A stretch of DNA of 64,000 bases. It comes from a virus. Lineage: Duplodnaviria; Caudoviricetes. This document shows, in pieces, positions 62,008-64,000 of the stretch. The notes under the pieces were generated by a model that saw only the letters and a list, made by a program, of their open reading frames with translations, was not told where the DNA came from and did not search any database. Location of the stretch: the IMG/VR virus record IMGVR_UViG_3300022377_000098, positions 8,270 to 72,269 of that record; one strand, 5' to 3'. Made by a program: the position numbers and the translations under genes. Numbering within the stretch: the stretch's first letter is position 1; each line of letters begins with the position of its first letter.

Positions 62008-62585
62008 TCCACGTCCTCCTTGAAGTTGTGGATTTGTAGGCACGCAAGAAACGTGCTGAAATCCGGTTTAAGTTCGTACCATGTGTAAGTGCCATCCTTT
62101 TTTAGATGGATAACGCCCACCTTATGAATTAAAGTGCTGTCAAAGGATTTCAAGCCTTCTGCATATGCCGCAAGCTGAACCGCCCACATTTTCCGGTGTA
62201 CTGCTTGTGTTGTCTTTACATCAGCAAGAATGTTGACTTCTCCATCCTGCATAATTAAGTCACACGTTCCGGAATACATAAAAGCTTTGTGATAGAAACG
62301 TTTTTCGGAAGCAATCACTTCTAGTGAGAAGTCATGCTTGAATTGCAAGTAAGCGTCAAAGTAAGGCTTGCAATCTTCATCCGCAGACTTGAACCCGAAC
62401 TTCTCATACTGCTCAATGCTTCTATGTACTCTGGTTCCCCTGTCTGCCGCTTTCTCCATTGTCATAGGTGATATGTCTGTGCCGTACACTTTATCGTGAA
62501 GTGGCTGCATCACCTGTGTAACTGACGGAAAAATAATGCCGCCCATTTTGTATTGGTGCAACGCTTCATCAAATTCTAATTCCAT
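62004..62585 (-). CDS. PD-(D/E)XK exonuclease
   Basis: PSVTQV, RGTRVH, YSGTCD, ADVKT, QLAAY. Confidence 0.82.
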   Translation of the reverse strand: MELEFDEALHQYKMGGIIFPSVTQVMQPLHDKVYGTDISPMTMEKAADRGTRVHRSIEQYEKFGFKSADEDCKPYFDAYLQFKHDFSLEVIASEKRFYHKAFMYSGTCDLIMQDGEVNILADVKTTQAVHRKMWAVQLAAYAEGLKSFDSTLIHKVGVIHLKKDGTYTWYELKPDFSTFLACLQIHNFKEDVE

Positions 62586-63069
62586 GAATGCACCTCGGAG
62601 AAGAACAAGCAATCTTACGGTTGGGCTTGTCCACATAACGGCACCATACGCAATGCTTGCACTGTGCCATCTTTACATCTTCTGCAAGCAACTTTTGGGT
62701 TTTCTTGCGCTCTGCCTGCAAGTTCTCTCGCAACATCCCGACACGCTGACGCATGGGAATGTCAGGATTCATTACCCGCAATAAATCTCTGCATCTTTCG
62801 CAGAGTTCCACTTCTCCATCTGCAAGCGGGTTGTCGCAACATCTGCACTTGTTATTCACGCTCTCCCACCTCCACTCTTCTCTGCAAATATGCAACGAAC
62901 ATATCGCACTGCGCTATCTGCTCTTTGTAATCGTCAAGCACTTCAACAGCAAGCGGGCGGTTGAAATATGTAGTAGCATCAAGCCGTTTCTTAATGGAAT
63001 CGCGCTCTTTGCAAATGTCACAGCGCTTTCTCTGAACCCGCACAATGCGACTTTGTAATGTTTCATCTT

Positions 63070-63444
63070 TCATGTTCCGTACTTCTCCTTCACATAAGTT
63101 GAGAAGTCAAATAGATGTTTCAGGCAGTAATCAAACATGACTTCTTTTGCTACGTCTGTGCAGCAGGATTCTGATTGTAGAAGTATCTCTGCTGCCTGTA
63201 CTTTTTCAGATGGAGTGAGATTCCTCCACAAAGTCTCTGCAAATTCTGAACCACTGGTTTTTATGTATTCCGGCGCATACTGTTCATAATTGGTGCGACA
63301 GTAATCTTGCAAGCAGTCATTGCACACAATATCATTTCCAATAATCGTGTATTCTTCGTTTCTGTCAGCTGGAATCATACCTCCGCACATACAACATTCA
63401 AATGTATACGGCTTCTCTGTTTCGGTAGGAAGTTCGTCAATCAT
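63070..63444 (-). CDS. Cys-rich hypothetical protein
   Basis: CCMC...CNDC. Confidence 0.5.
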   Translation of the reverse strand: MIDELPTETEKPYTFECCMCGGMIPADRNEEYTIIGNDIVCNDCLQDYCRTNYEQYAPEYIKTSGSEFAETLWRNLTPSEKVQAAEILLQSESCCTDVAKEVMFDYCLKHLFDFSTYVKEKYGT

Positions 63445-64000
63445 CTTTGTTCACTTCCACAATTTTTCCGCTTTCCAAACGATAGAACGTATCTGGCTTG
63501 ATTTTTTCACCATCAACTTCTACGGCTTTCCATTCCTTAATTCCGTAATCGCTATTATTTTCTTCACATATCACAAGAATTGCGCCTATACCGCCTTTAG
63601 CTTTAACTCCGTTGCCACGGACAAGACCAACTCCATTCTCTCCAACGCTGACTGTTCCTCTAGCTGTGGCTGCACCGGATTCACCTGCTGTGGCTGCACC
63701 GGATTCACCGGCTGTGGCTGCACCGTAATTACCGGCTGTGGCTGCACCGGATTCACCGGCTGTGGCTGCACCGTAATTACCGGCTGTGGCTGCACCGTGA
63801 TAACCGGCTGTGGCTGCACCGTGATAACCGGCTGTGGCTGCACCGGATTCACCGGCTGTGGCTGCACCGTAATTACCGGCTGTGGCTGCACCGTAATTAC
63901 CGGCTGTGGCTGCACCGGATTCACCGGCTGTGGCTGCACCGTAATTACCGGCTGTGGCTGCACCGTGATAACCGGCTGTGGCTGCACCGTGATAACCGGC
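63437..64000 (-). CDS. GAATAGxx octapeptide-repeat phage protein (3' part; frame differs from ORF track)
   Basis: (AGNYGAAT/AGESGAAT/AGYHGAAT)n then KAVEVDGEKIKPDTFYRLESGKIVEV, TGA coupled to next ATG. Confidence 0.8.
   Translation of the reverse strand, partial: AGYHGAATAGYHGAATAGNYGAATAGESGAATAGNYGAATAGNYGAATAGESGAATAGYHGAATAGYHGAATAGNYGAATAGESGAATAGNYGAATAGESGAATAGESGAATARGTVSVGENGVGLVRGNGVKAKGGIGAILVICEENNSDYGIKEWKAVEVDGEKIKPDTFYRLESGKIVEVNKDD
63664..64000. repeat. 24-bp tandem repeat array
   Basis: CCGGCTGTGGCTGCACC plus GTAATTA/GGATTCA/GTGATAA variants. Confidence 0.95.

Larger units (their letters stand above)
15439..64000. mobile_element. Element 2: siphovirus prophage using UAG as sense codon (right end outside window)
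   Basis: lysis, tail (1704-aa tape measure, no sheath), head, terminase, tRNA and replication modules, nearly all on minus strand. Confidence 0.92.

Noticed and set aside
63586-63987. ORF-track protein with QPQPVITV repeats
   Set aside because: Shadow frame of the 24-bp repeat. The GAATAG frame has a recognisable C-terminal domain and couples to the next gene.
63664-64000. CRISPR array
   Set aside because: Contiguous coding tandem repeat with only three short variants, no unique spacers and no cas genes.

Overview
The window holds two mobile elements of a probable Clostridia (Bacillota) host in tandem, joined at a 48-bp 3' fragment of tRNA-Gly(CCC) at 15391-15438. No host core genes are visible. 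Element 1 (<1-15390) is a compact PICI/satellite-like element. It has an integrase, cI/cro switch, Rep plus origin, Xis, Rha, a Com-like zinc finger, a sigma-like regulator and a full HK97-type head module; no tail gene is visible before the window edge. Element 2 (15439->64000) is a large siphovirus prophage with lysis, tail, head, tRNA, intein-containing TerL and replication/recombination modules. Main discovery: element 2 reads UAG as a sense codon. I found 18 in-frame TAGs in 13 otherwise intact genes, and both elements encode a 76-nt tRNA with anticodon CUA. The tRNA bodies look like Firmicute tRNA-Lys, and several TAGs fall where family consensus has Lys (RusA YTPx*T, M*K starts, portal GR*, distal-tail AQ*VKL). 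This suggests UAG=Lys rather than the UAG=Gln known from gut phages. Sixteen of the 18 TAGs lie in the first 47 codons, like an amber lock on virion genes. Element 1 carries its own suppressor and several pieces of DNA shared with element 2. Homolog comparisons are from remembered family consensus, not from database searches.
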